From: Batkoa obscura
Taxonomy: Eukaryota
Direction: 5' to 3'
Length of the DNA stretch: 64,000 nucleotides
NCBI GenBank assembly: GCA_030770535.1
Contig: JASVEC010000023.1
Span: 310,001 to 374,000 of the forward strand
Shown: positions 51,412-62,397 of the stretch, piece by piece
Position numbering within the stretch: the first letter of the stretch is position 1
Layout: each line of letters begins with the position of its first letter
Made by a program: the position numbers and the translations under genes
Notes under the pieces: model-generated
The model's input: the letters and a program-made list of their open reading frames with translations, nothing else
The model's database searches: none
Told to the model about the DNA's origin: nothing

Positions 51412-54400
51412 ATGTCTTATCAGGGCAGTTCTCATTTCCCTCCACGTCCATCAGACATTGATGATCTTCATTTAGATATCGAGTCGGAAGTAGACTCTAT
51501 TAGTAGTAAAAATACCAATAACACTCGAAGATATAAAAAATATCGTCCAATAACTCAAAGTTTTTATGGTTTACATCATCATAAAACTCAACCTAAACCA
51601 GAATTTATGGAACATGCTAATAGTATTCGTAGTCAAACATTAGCATTAAATAATATCGGGTTAAAGCCATTAACAGGTGGTAATAATAATGAAGAGAATA
51701 TTGACAATAAAAGCAATATAAATTTTGGATTACCGTTAAAAACATATCATACATTAGATGGCACTGGCGATGATAATCTACCTTCTAATCATGAAGACGA
51801 AAATTATTTACAAACTACAAATTCAGGTTTATTACAAGGCAATTTATCTAGATTATTGAGATACAAAAGTCAACAATTATATGATTCACAAGATACTGTA
51901 GATTCTAATAATAATGCTTATAGACCAAGTGAAAATTTTGGATTATTATTTTCAAAAAGAGCAAGTAGTTTATTTGATAATCAACCTTATTTAGAACAAA
52001 TTGGAGAAAGAAGATCTTTATTGTCAAATTTAAATGAAAATGAAAGTTATGAATATCACACATTTGAAGACAATAAAAGTATTATAGAAAATAAATTAGA
52101 CAGTATGCCGGTACCAGATTATAAGAATATGAATTGGAAAGATTATTGTTTATTACCACTTACTTTTTTCCCTCCAGTATTTTTAGGTTTAATTTTGAAT
52201 TTTTTAAATGCAGTCTCTTACGGTAAATAATATTAATTTATTTTATTATGTTATTTATATACATATATCAATTCTATTTATCTTAGGTATGATTATTTTC
52301 CCCACCCAAATTCCAATCTTTAAAGATTTTGGACCAGACGGAGTAGCTATGTTTTTAGTTAGGTAAAATTAAAATTAAAATTAAAACTTTATAATTCTAT
52401 ATTAAACATATTTTTATAGTACTGCTATATCACAATTTGTATATTCTGGATTTGGTTCTGGATTTCCATGTGCGGCTGGTGGATTTATGTTAGAAGTAGT
52501 ACCATTTCTTCATATTATGTAATATCATTTTATTTAATAACCATATCATTTATTTATATTAATTAAATTATTTCAATTTAGTGTAAATACAATTATTGAA
52601 GACATTGGTATTGAAAATGAAAAATCTGTTGTAGCAACTACAATGATAGCTTATGCTTTATCTTCTATTGTTACGGGTATTGTTTTCTTTTTATTAGGTT
52701 ATTTTAAGGTATAATAATAGTTATAGTTATTTATTATAGAGTAGAATATTAAATTTATTTTAGTTAGGTAATTTAGTTGGCTTTTTTCCAAGACATATAT
52801 TAGTGGGTTGTATAGGTAATTAATGATAGATAATAATAGTAATTAATAAATAATAAAATAAATCCTATTTTAGGTGGAGTTGGTTATTTCTTATGTCAAA
52901 CCGCTTTAGAAGTAGTTAGTGGAGTTAAATTAAACTATTTTGAATTAGAATGTTGGGTTAAATTTTTTGAGCCTAAAGCAATAGCATTATGGGGAACAAG
53001 TATCTGTTTAGCAGTAACTTTAAAATTATTACAACGTCGTATTAATTCCCCTATATTGCTACCATTTTTTTATATGATGGTGCCAGTAATATTTTTTACA
53101 ATTGTTAATTTATTTCAATTAGATGTAGAACATTTAAGACAAATTGGTTGGCTATTTCCTATTCCAGATACTTCAAAGCCATTTTATAATTTTTATTTAC
53201 ATTTTGATTTTTATAATACTTCTTGGTCTACCTTGCCAAAATTAGTACCTATAATGTTGGCCTTGACATTCTTTGGTATATTACATGTACCTATCAATGT
53301 CCCTGCTGTAGCAGTAACCACCAAAACAGATGTTTATGATGTTAATGAAGAATTAATTGGTCATGGGTGGTCTAATTCAATTTCTGGTTTATTTGGTTCT
53401 TTACAAAATTATTTAATGTATTCAAGTTCTGTATTATTTTTTAAATCGGGTGGTAATGATCGATTTGCTGGTATGATGTTAGCAATAGCAACTACATTAA
53501 TATGGACAGCAGGTCCTGGAGCAGTTGCGTTTATTCCTTGTATTGTATTAGGTTCCGTTATCTTTCATTTGGGTATGGAGTTATTTAAAGAAGGGGTTTA
53601 TGAAACATATGGTGTTATGACTACATTAGAATATATAACTATATGGATCATTGTAATTGCAATGGCATTATTAGGTTTTGTTGAGGGTGTATTTGTTGGT
53701 ATTGCACTAGCATGTTTATTTTTCGTTTATTTATATTCTCAAAGAACACCAATAAGATCTTCTTATTCTGGTAGAGCAGCTAAAAGTACTGTTCGTCGAG
53801 TTTATAAACAAAGACAGTTTTTAGATCAAGCTTCCACTTTAATTCATGTTATTAAATTACAAGGTTTTATGTTTTTTGGTACAATCGATTCGGTTGAAGC
53901 TACTATTAGAGACTTAATTTCTGATCGTCAATGGTCTCAAAAGCCATTAAGTTTTTTAATCTTAGATTTAACCTTAGTGACTGGGGTGGATTTTTCAGCT
54001 GCTGAAGCTTTTATCCGTATTCGCCGTTTATTAACTGGTAAAAAAGTATTTATGATATTATGTGGTGTAACACCTGAATCCGATGTTGGTATGGCATTAC
54101 ATGCAGTTGGAATATGGGAAATTCAAGATGGATTATCCCAAACCTTTGAAACTTTAAATAATGCCTTGGAATGGTGTGAAAATAAATTATTGGAAGCGGC
54201 TTATATGAGACATTCCAATTCCACCGCCCCTGCTATTGATGTTAGTAATAATCAATTAAGTAACTCTATGTTACCATTAGCAATGTCCAATTCACCAAGA
54301 ACTGCACATTTGGATTTAGTAAGGAAAGAAACTTTAGTTACGGATAATGGCATATCCACTCATTTTCAACAACCATTAGCTTTATTAGTACAAATGTTTT

Positions 54401-54813
54401 CTGAAGCCCAACCAACGATTGATGAAGCAATCTTTAAGTTAGTCCCCTATTTTAAACATGCACTTAAAAATCGTGGAGAAACTTTATGGAATGATGGGGA
54501 TCCAGCAGATTGTTTTTATATATTAGAGACTGGTTTATTAAAAGTTTACACTAAATTAGAAAACGGTAAAAATAAAATGATTGAATCGATTCTTCCTGGT
54601 GCTATGGTTGGGGAATTGGCATTGTTTACTAATCTACCTAGACCTTATACAGTAATCACAGACGATCATTGCTCTCTTTGGTGTTTAGATAGGGACGCTT
54701 TTGATAGCCTATCAAAAGATGAACCTGCTGTTTTAATAAGATTTATGCAATTGGCTTTGGCTTATTCAGTTCAGGAAATGAATATTTATACTTTGAATGT
54801 AATGGCATTATAA
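51412..54813 (+). CDS. SulP/SLC26 transporter with STAS and cNMP-binding domains (Vsb1/YGR125W-like), multi-exon
   Basis: Motifs [59 protein letters not shown] and [10 protein letters not shown]-terminal cNMP motif [15 protein letters not shown]. Confidence 0.9.
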
Positions 54814-56040
54814 ATCTAAAGATGCTTATTCATTCTTTTATTCGAAATTATTATTTTGTATTCTTACCAATCTTATGTTATGTTACTATCGACCTTATAT
54901 TGTATTCTTGTTATATTATATCGTTTAATAAAAGTATTAAATATCGATTTTTAATTAAAAATCAATTATCATATAAAAAATACAGATATATAATTCTACA
55001 AAGTAAACTTTAAAATAGGACATAAAATAGAATTAACTACTTATATTGACTTCTACACAGACTTATCCAGCTTTTAGGACATTCTATATAATTAGCATTT
55101 TAATTCAATACATGAGGTTGATCTATACCTATCTATTTTCTTTATAAACCACTACTCTCATTGGACCTCACTTTACATCCAGTCCTTTAAATTCTATTAA
55201 CTTGAACAATTTTTTCAAAAATAGCTTCAGTGATCGGTTCTATTTATTATTAAGCTTTTATCGGTTGTAAAGGGGTGAGATACTAGTTTTTTTAAAATAC
55301 TAATAGTCCCCTTTACTCAAAAAGAGTTGAGGTGATCAATTGTAGATTTTACTTATAATATATGACCTCCAATTGATATTTTTAGTTGGATAATCTTTTA
55401 TGGAATTATTAGCTGTCATCATTGATATACAAAATTTACAATCACAACCGACTCCTTACACTATATCTGTAACCTAATATTACAATCATATTACTTTAAT
55501 ACCCGCTACACTATTTCCTGTCTTCACACGGCTTATAGTTAAAAGTTACCCTGTTTTCCTCGTATACATCATTCGCGCAAACCATCAATTCATCCCCAAA
55601 TAACCCTCTGCCTCTTAAGTCACCTACCTTTCTCGTTATCCTCTAACACTTTGACTTTATTCGATAGTCTTTCTACTTTTCGCTTTACCAATGCTTGACA
55701 AGTTTACTAGTCTATTTCCTGCTTTACAAAAACATGTGAGCGTAGGTCACCAGTTTTTTACTTTTTAACATAATAGCTATCTAAAGTAGTTACTGCTATT
55801 TAACACTTTAGAACAAATGAACCAAATTTAAATAGAATATCTAAAAAACAGTTATTAAAGATAAGCTCGTTAAGAATATTGTTATAAGTCATAATTTAAA
55901 AATTCATTATAAAAGCTCAATTAATACCGATCTTTTTGTTTCCTAATAAAAAAATATCAATAATAAAAAATCATAATCAATTTAAAAAAAACTAAAAATG
56001 GTAAAAAAAAACAATTTACTACTTCTTTTAAAAAAAGAAT

Positions 56041-56633
56041 TTAAAGGTCTTGAATAGATTTAAGAGTTTCTTCAAGTTCGGCTTTAGCAGCTTTAATCTC
56101 TTCAGTTAAAGTTTCATGTTTTTCTTCAGCTTCATCTCTTTTAGCTTCAGCACCTTCTACTTCTTTTTCAAGGTTTTCACATTTAGCGTCAACATCAGAT
56201 AATCTGAATAAATTAAGTTTCTTATAAACAAAAACAAACACACTAAATAAAAAACACTTACTTCTTTTCAGCTTCTTCTAATTTCTTAGTAGTAGCGTCC
56301 AATTCAGCTTTGACACTAGCTAATTTACGAGACAATGCGTCACTTTGACTTTTTGTTTGATCAACTTCCTCTTTAGTAGCTTTAGAACTTAAGATACTTT
56401 CATGATTGTTCTCAATCTTTTCATCAAGCTCTTGAACTTTATCACTTAACTCTTGAATCTCTTTTTCTTGCTCGGATTGAATACGTTCAGCATCTAATAA
56501 GTCTGCTTCACTCTTATCAGCTCGTACTTGACTTTCTTCAACTAATTTTTTAAGGCTATTGAGTTTCTAGATAAAGAAGAATTAGTGAATGAAGATTTTA
56601 TACAAATTGACTTACTTCTCTGAGTTGTTCCAT
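56041..56633 (-). CDS. Fungal tropomyosin (about 160 aa, two introns)
   Basis: MEQLRE/KLNSLKKLVEES...ELEETLKSIQDL; continuous heptad coiled coil of Cdc8/Tpm length. Confidence 0.85.
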
Positions 56634-57169
56634 TATCTATAAATTAATTTCTTTAAAAAATAAAAACTGAAAATTAGAATGCCCCTCCTTTATGACGAAA
56701 ACAAATCATATTGCAACAAACCATTTTGAATGGTAGCGTTTTATTGGCTCTTTTTCTAATGGGTAAAATTGAACTAATTTTTTTAGAATTTTTGAAATTT
56801 GTATTTAATATTATATACTTTGAATTTTTTTATTTCATAATATAGATAAATTTAATCTCAGTATATACTGGTATCTTTAATACTTTACATTTTTTCAATT
56901 TTTTAAAAAATTGTTGCAGATATTTTCTATTGAGGTTTTTAAAATAAAAACTTTATTTACTTTAATGTTGCAAAATAAATGAAGGTTCATAAATTGAGTG
57001 AAATAACTTGGGTTGATCTTACAATATTAGTATATCAAAACTAAAATACAAGTTTTTATATAGTTTAATTAATTTGCGTATATCTGTAACTCTCTTTAAG
57101 TCTGTTCTTTTCATGTCTTTTACAAAATAAAAAAATTTAAAAAAGTATTAAATAGTTTTCTCGATATGA

Positions 57170-57264
57170 AAGGGTGTTTTTTTGGCTTCATTGCTTTTTC
57201 CATCTCTTAAGCGCTATTTGAGTGGAAAGATTACTAGTGAAGTTCTTAAATGAAAAAATCCTTC
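57170..57264 (-). mobile_element. ~98-bp MITE copy
   Basis: Matches consensus; ends degraded. Confidence 0.8.
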
Positions 57265-57299
57265 AATTTTATTATAATAATTCACTATTTCAGGTCTAA

Positions 57300-58268
57300 T
57301 AAGTTTACATTGTATCTTGTAAGAATTATGACATTCAAAACCTACATCGCATAGTTCTTCAATAATATTTGATATCTGTTTAAATCAAATTTTTTGTATA
57401 TTTGGTGATAAAGAAACAGATTTTAACAATTTAAACGATAGCGCTTTGATACACCCTCCCCTTAAAGTTGATAGCTTTATAAAATCAATAGCAATTTTAT
57501 TAATTTTACCAAAATGTCCTAAAACAGTAACTTTATCACTTTTAAGTAAATTTGAATTATTATGATCGTTTCTTTCGAAATAACCAAGAACGCTACCAAT
57601 GGATTTTATACTCTTCAATTTGTCTAAATCCTCCAGATATTGAATAATAGTACTGTTGATTCCCATTTCAACCTTGATTCTAAGTTGAAGCTAAAATTTA
57701 TACTACAGTTGAATTTAGTAAGAGTGATAACAGCTCCTTTAGAATTCAAGTGTAATGTTTTTAGTATGGTGAAATTTGCTTTAAGATTATCCAATGTGTT
57801 GAAGTTTATAAATCTTGTGGATACTGATTTAAATATTTTTAACACCTTTGAGTCCAAATATTTAACTGCTTCTTTAGTATACATCTTCTTTCCATCAAGT
57901 TCAAGCTTTTATATCTAGTTTAAATAATTAGAAAGCAGATTCAATGAACGTAAATATCTATCATAAATCATTGTTGTCTTTTTTAGTTTCAGTAATAAAG
58001 AATTTAGACTACTATATCAATATTTTTACCCTTGGTGGTTCGCTTATCATGATAATTTGAAGACCCAATATTTATACGATCAACTAATACATAAGAGTCT
58101 TAGTATTTAACTTCATATGTCTCATTGACAATCGGTCCTATTTAATAAACTTTTACTGATATTCTTCATAACCATTGTATTCACCATAGTTAAGCACGGA
58201 GCATATCAAATATATTTAATCATATGGTTTACGTTTTTAAATAACAGATTATTTAAAAAACATAAATT
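57300..58268 (-). pseudogene. F-box family 1 pseudogene, 5'-truncated next to the transposon end
   Basis: LCFLNNLLFKNVNHM..., KEAVKYLDSK, DLDKLKSIK and LSPNIQKI, with frameshifts. Confidence 0.82.
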
Positions 58269-58318
58269 TTATTTCTGATATGGGGTTGTCCCAATTGGTT
58301 TCAGAATTTACTTAGAAG

Positions 58319-58782
58319 TGTGAAATCTGGTACTCAGGGTTTGGAGTCAAGAACAGCTATTGCTGGGTTGACTACACTATAAGTCGAAAGGTCTTAGTTT
58401 ATGTGATTAAGGTAGACTTGGATTATGAGGAATAGCACGTAATAGGTTACAGGCTATATAAGACAAATAGAATAGACAATACTAATGTAAAATCTACGTA
58501 AAATACTATTAAGAAAACGTAGTGGCTTTATTAAATGTTCGAGATATCAAAGAATAATTCAGTTAAAAAGCCTCGAACTACTATACTCTGTAAACTCTTT
58601 TAGACTCTGAAAAGTATAAATATCAAAATGAGAAGATAATATTCTTTGGGATGGAGCTAGAAATTCTCATAACAAATCAAAATAAGAACGTGGAATTGAT
58701 TTTCTCTGAACTCAAGAACACAACAGCTTAGGGGATTGTTATGTTATAATTAACCATGGGACTGACAAAGCGATATTTCACA
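58319..58782. mobile_element. Solo LTR (464 bp) with a 4-bp GAAG target duplication
   Basis: Termini TGTGAAAT...ATTTCACA with GAAG on both flanks; homologous to 44025..44484. Confidence 0.82.
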
Positions 58783-60344
58783 GAAGTTGATCCAAATTTT
58801 AAATTTTTAAATTTGTGTCTAATGTGACGGTTAAATCTAAAAAGCCTAAATGAAATCTCTCTATTTAAAACTTATTTTAATTGTTTCCTTTTCTTAAATA
58901 AGCTAACTTTCCTAATTATATGTTTTATGTTATTTCTGTTAGATATTTAATAGATATATAATATATAACTATATGATTATATAATTATATAAATATAGTT
59001 ATTTGACTTTGTTTTTTGTTGAAATAAAAATAAAATGCAAACTTCCATAACTAAACTTCGAAATGGAATTTTTGAAAATTTCAATACAATAGGGAGGAGT
59101 ACACAACATAAACATTATAATTCATTTACATCAATTTTAAGAGCTACTTATAATAACCCAAGGTTTATGGAATTTTATAATAAAACGAAATAAAGAAAAG
59201 ATATATTATCAAAGTTTACTATTAACAATAATAAACTTAATCAATCAATATATAAAATTAGTGCTTTGAGGGAAACAGGAAATAAAAATAAACAAATAGC
59301 GTTATTATCAACTATAGCTTCAGCATATTCTTTTGATGAATGTAAGAGTTTTGGGTTTAATAGAAATAGAAATCAATATGATTGTTCAAAAATAAGTAAT
59401 AATAGTAATAATATAGCAACATTACAACCTATTATTAAAAATACAAAAAAATTAAAAATGACCAAGTTGAAACTATTGTACAATTACTAAATGATTCGGC
59501 TATTTCACCAAGATTTAATAAAAAAAATAATGGTAGTAAATATTCATCAGATAATATATATATTAAATAAGAGTAGAAGAATGATATATAGTAAATGCTT
59601 TGATGATCTAAGAGATAAAGCAGTAGATAGGTCAACATTTTTTAAATATATACCAAGTAATTTCAAAAATCCAGCAAGAAAAACAGATCTGTCTAATATA
59701 TGTGCTCAGTATACAGTTAAAAAAAAGTTATTTGAAAATAAAATAAAATACAGCAATAAAGAATAAAGCAGAGATAGAAGAAATTTTCAATAAAGAAGAA
59801 AAATTATACAAATTACATAAATTCTGTGTTGATACTCAAAAAAACACATTTAATGAAACTATTAAAAAATTAAATAACAAAAGTTGTATAATAGTTTTAG
59901 ATTTTAAACAAAATATGGAAATAGGAACGAGACCAGATTCAATAAATTCAGATCATTATAATAAACAAGCTATATCAGTATTAGGCTTTGGTGTTTTATA
60001 TTTAAAAGATGATAAAACAATAGACAAAGTTTACTTTGATTATTTATCTGAAATATTGAATCATGATCCAGCATATGAAGGAGATTGTTTAATCGATTTA
60101 ATCTCTACAGAGCTTTTATTTAAAAAGTTTACAAAAATTAATATATGGGCAGATACAGGAAACCATTTTAGATCTCAAGAGTTCCTACATTATATCTTTA
60201 AAGAAATTCATAAAATAAATAGTAGTTTGAATGTTAATCTTAATTTTTTGCTGAGCATCATGGAAAAAGTGTAGTTGATGGACATTTTGGAAACCTTTCA
60301 AAATGGAAAAGTAGTTTTGAAGCGTTAGGTAAAATAGAAGATAT

Positions 60345-60442
60345 GGGGATGTATTTTTGTGTTTAAGAATTTTACTAGCAACCTTTCCACCTAAATAGCG
60401 CTTAAAAGATGGAAAAAGTAATGAAGCCAAAAAAACACTCCC
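60345..60442 (+). mobile_element. ~98-bp MITE copy inside the transposase ORF
   Basis: TSD ATAT/ATAT; removing it restores the reading KIEDINQLISRF. Confidence 0.92.
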
Positions 60443-61205
60443 ATATCAATCAACTAATTTCAAGATTTGAGGCTTTTATTTGTGAACATAATAAAATTAA
60501 TAACTCGACTGTTAATAATGGGAAAACAGATATAATTTTTAAAAAGTATAAAAGAAACAAAAATACAAAAAGAATAATAGAGATGCAGGGCATTAAAAAG
60601 TATTTACACTTTATTAAACATAACAATAAACTAAATTGTTACCCAGTATCTAATACATCAAAAAAGAGCGATATAGTTCCAATTAAAGTTATAGAGTCTA
60701 TAGAAAATAGAAAAATTAAAAGATCAACCTCAGCTTATCTTACGAAAATAACAGAGAATTTAAAAGTTTTGATATCTACAAAGCAAGTGAGTAGTTTTTT
60801 AAATGATAGAAATAGATTATTAAATGTTAAGATTACTTAAGTTATTAATAGTTAAGTTAATAAATAATCAAAGAACAAGTAATTGTAATAATATGTAAAA
60901 ACTATTATTACCTGTACTATATAGGGATGGTTAATCATAGTGTTGGGGCTAACCAATTCCTCCCATGTAGCCATTTATTAACTTAGCAATATATTAATAG
61001 TGTAATTGTAACATTAAAATAGTTTATTTATTTGATAGCAAATCTACAATGTTGGTTATAAAACAGTCAATAATAAATATTTCTCAATAAAGTTTTATAA
61101 GAATATATGTTTAAGATCTAGTAGAAATTCAGCTAACTTAGATTATAAACTATAATAGAATAACTTAGAACTGTTTCTGGGTATTTTTATTTTAATAAAA
61201 AATTT

Positions 61206-61297
61206 GTGAATGTATTTTTGTTTAAGAATTTTGCCAACTTTTCCGCTTAAATAGCGCTTAAAAATGGAAAAAACAATGAAGTTAAAAAAACACTCCC
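61206..61297 (+). mobile_element. ~98-bp MITE copy
   Basis: Matches consensus; TSD ATTT/ATTT. Confidence 0.83.
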
Positions 61298-62397
61298 ATT
61301 TGATTTTATAAAATTTTAAGCAAAGTTTTAAAATACAAAAAATTATTTAAAAATTAGATAAAATAATGAAACTAATTCAGACATCCCTAACATTTAAATC
61401 ATGTTTGGTAAGGGCACCACGATAATTAAAAATCAATTGTATTAGTTGAAAAATAGTACTTAACAAAGATAAAGTTACTAATAATTAATTAGTGTTTATT
61501 ATTAATAACATATAAAATTTTAGTCATTGTAATTGTTGAGATTATCATTTATATAATATTAAGTTACGTAACTAAGTTTAGAGCAAAGCAAGTATCCGTA
61601 CCCGACATTTTCTAATTGGTAATCTTTTTATCGAGACTTGTTATTAAATCACTATTCTAAATAGCTAGAATACTGAGATGTAAAAGCAATAAACACTTGG
61701 TCTAGGATTTCAAAAGAGTCTTTCAAGATAAGTGAATATAGTTTGTTAATAACATTACATGGTTTTAAGAAATTATAACATATCATTTATCTATAAAAGA
61801 TATTTTATATCAAAGAACACATATGACATTTACAACCTTATTTTATTAAAGCAACTTTATACTAATTAAAAATGTGTGAATTGAATTTAATAGTATAGTT
61901 TTATTGTTTTTATTAAGAATTAATAATATAAAGTCTATTAATATCTATTAAATATAGTTTAAAGAACTCGTTGAATTAATAAATTATAGCACTTTAATTT
62001 TTACATTAATTAATATGAGGTTACCAATATTAAATGACATACTAAGCATAACAGCTGCAGAATAACACAAATATAGAAAGAAGTTCAAAAATGACGCTTT
62101 AAGTTTATTATTTTTCACTTTTAAGTTCTTACTCGGAACTCTATTTGATTTTTTGCCAAATTATAAATAAAGTATAATGATCGAAACTTATTATAGTTCT
62201 TTAATAGTGGACGAAAGTTACTGGATTACTTGAGCCAAGATTTTTATAAAAAACAAGTCAGACATTGATCGGAGTGAGTAAAAATAAGGATTGTGATGGA
62301 TATATAAACAGATAAAATGAACACATAATATTTAAAAAAAAACAATTAGATTAGATTATATAAATAATACAAATTTTAGACATTTATAGAATTAAAC

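Larger units (their letters stand above)
58282..61388 (+). mobile_element. Decayed Sola-like DNA transposon (DDD transposase pseudogene 59035..60840) carrying a nested solo LTR and MITEs
   Basis: Transposase motifs RKTDLSNIC, IVLDFKQN, YLSEILNHD, IWADTGNHFRSQEF and EHHGKSVVDGHFG. Left end GGGGTTGTCCCAATTGGTTTCAG at 58282. A candidate right end at 61388 has reverse complement AGGGATGTCTGAATTAGTTTCA, but its flank does not match the left TSD, so that boundary is uncertain. Confidence 0.78.

Noticed and set aside
60345..60442. MITE acting as a spliceable intron (introner)
   Set aside because: The ends are GG...CC rather than GT...AG, and every coding insertion seen is in a gene that is otherwise pseudogenised.
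60922..60965. Short imperfect inverted repeat (AGGGATGGTTA...TAACCAATTCCTCCC) as the transposon right end or a mini-MITE
   Set aside because: Poor match to the left terminus and only one copy. The 61367-61388 segment matches better.
9259..61297. The ~98-bp repeat as a CRISPR array, SINE or structured ncRNA
   Set aside because: Copies are dispersed in both orientations without regular spacers and have no Pol III A/B boxes or poly(A) tail. They have TIRs and variable 4-bp TSDs typical of a DNA transposon.
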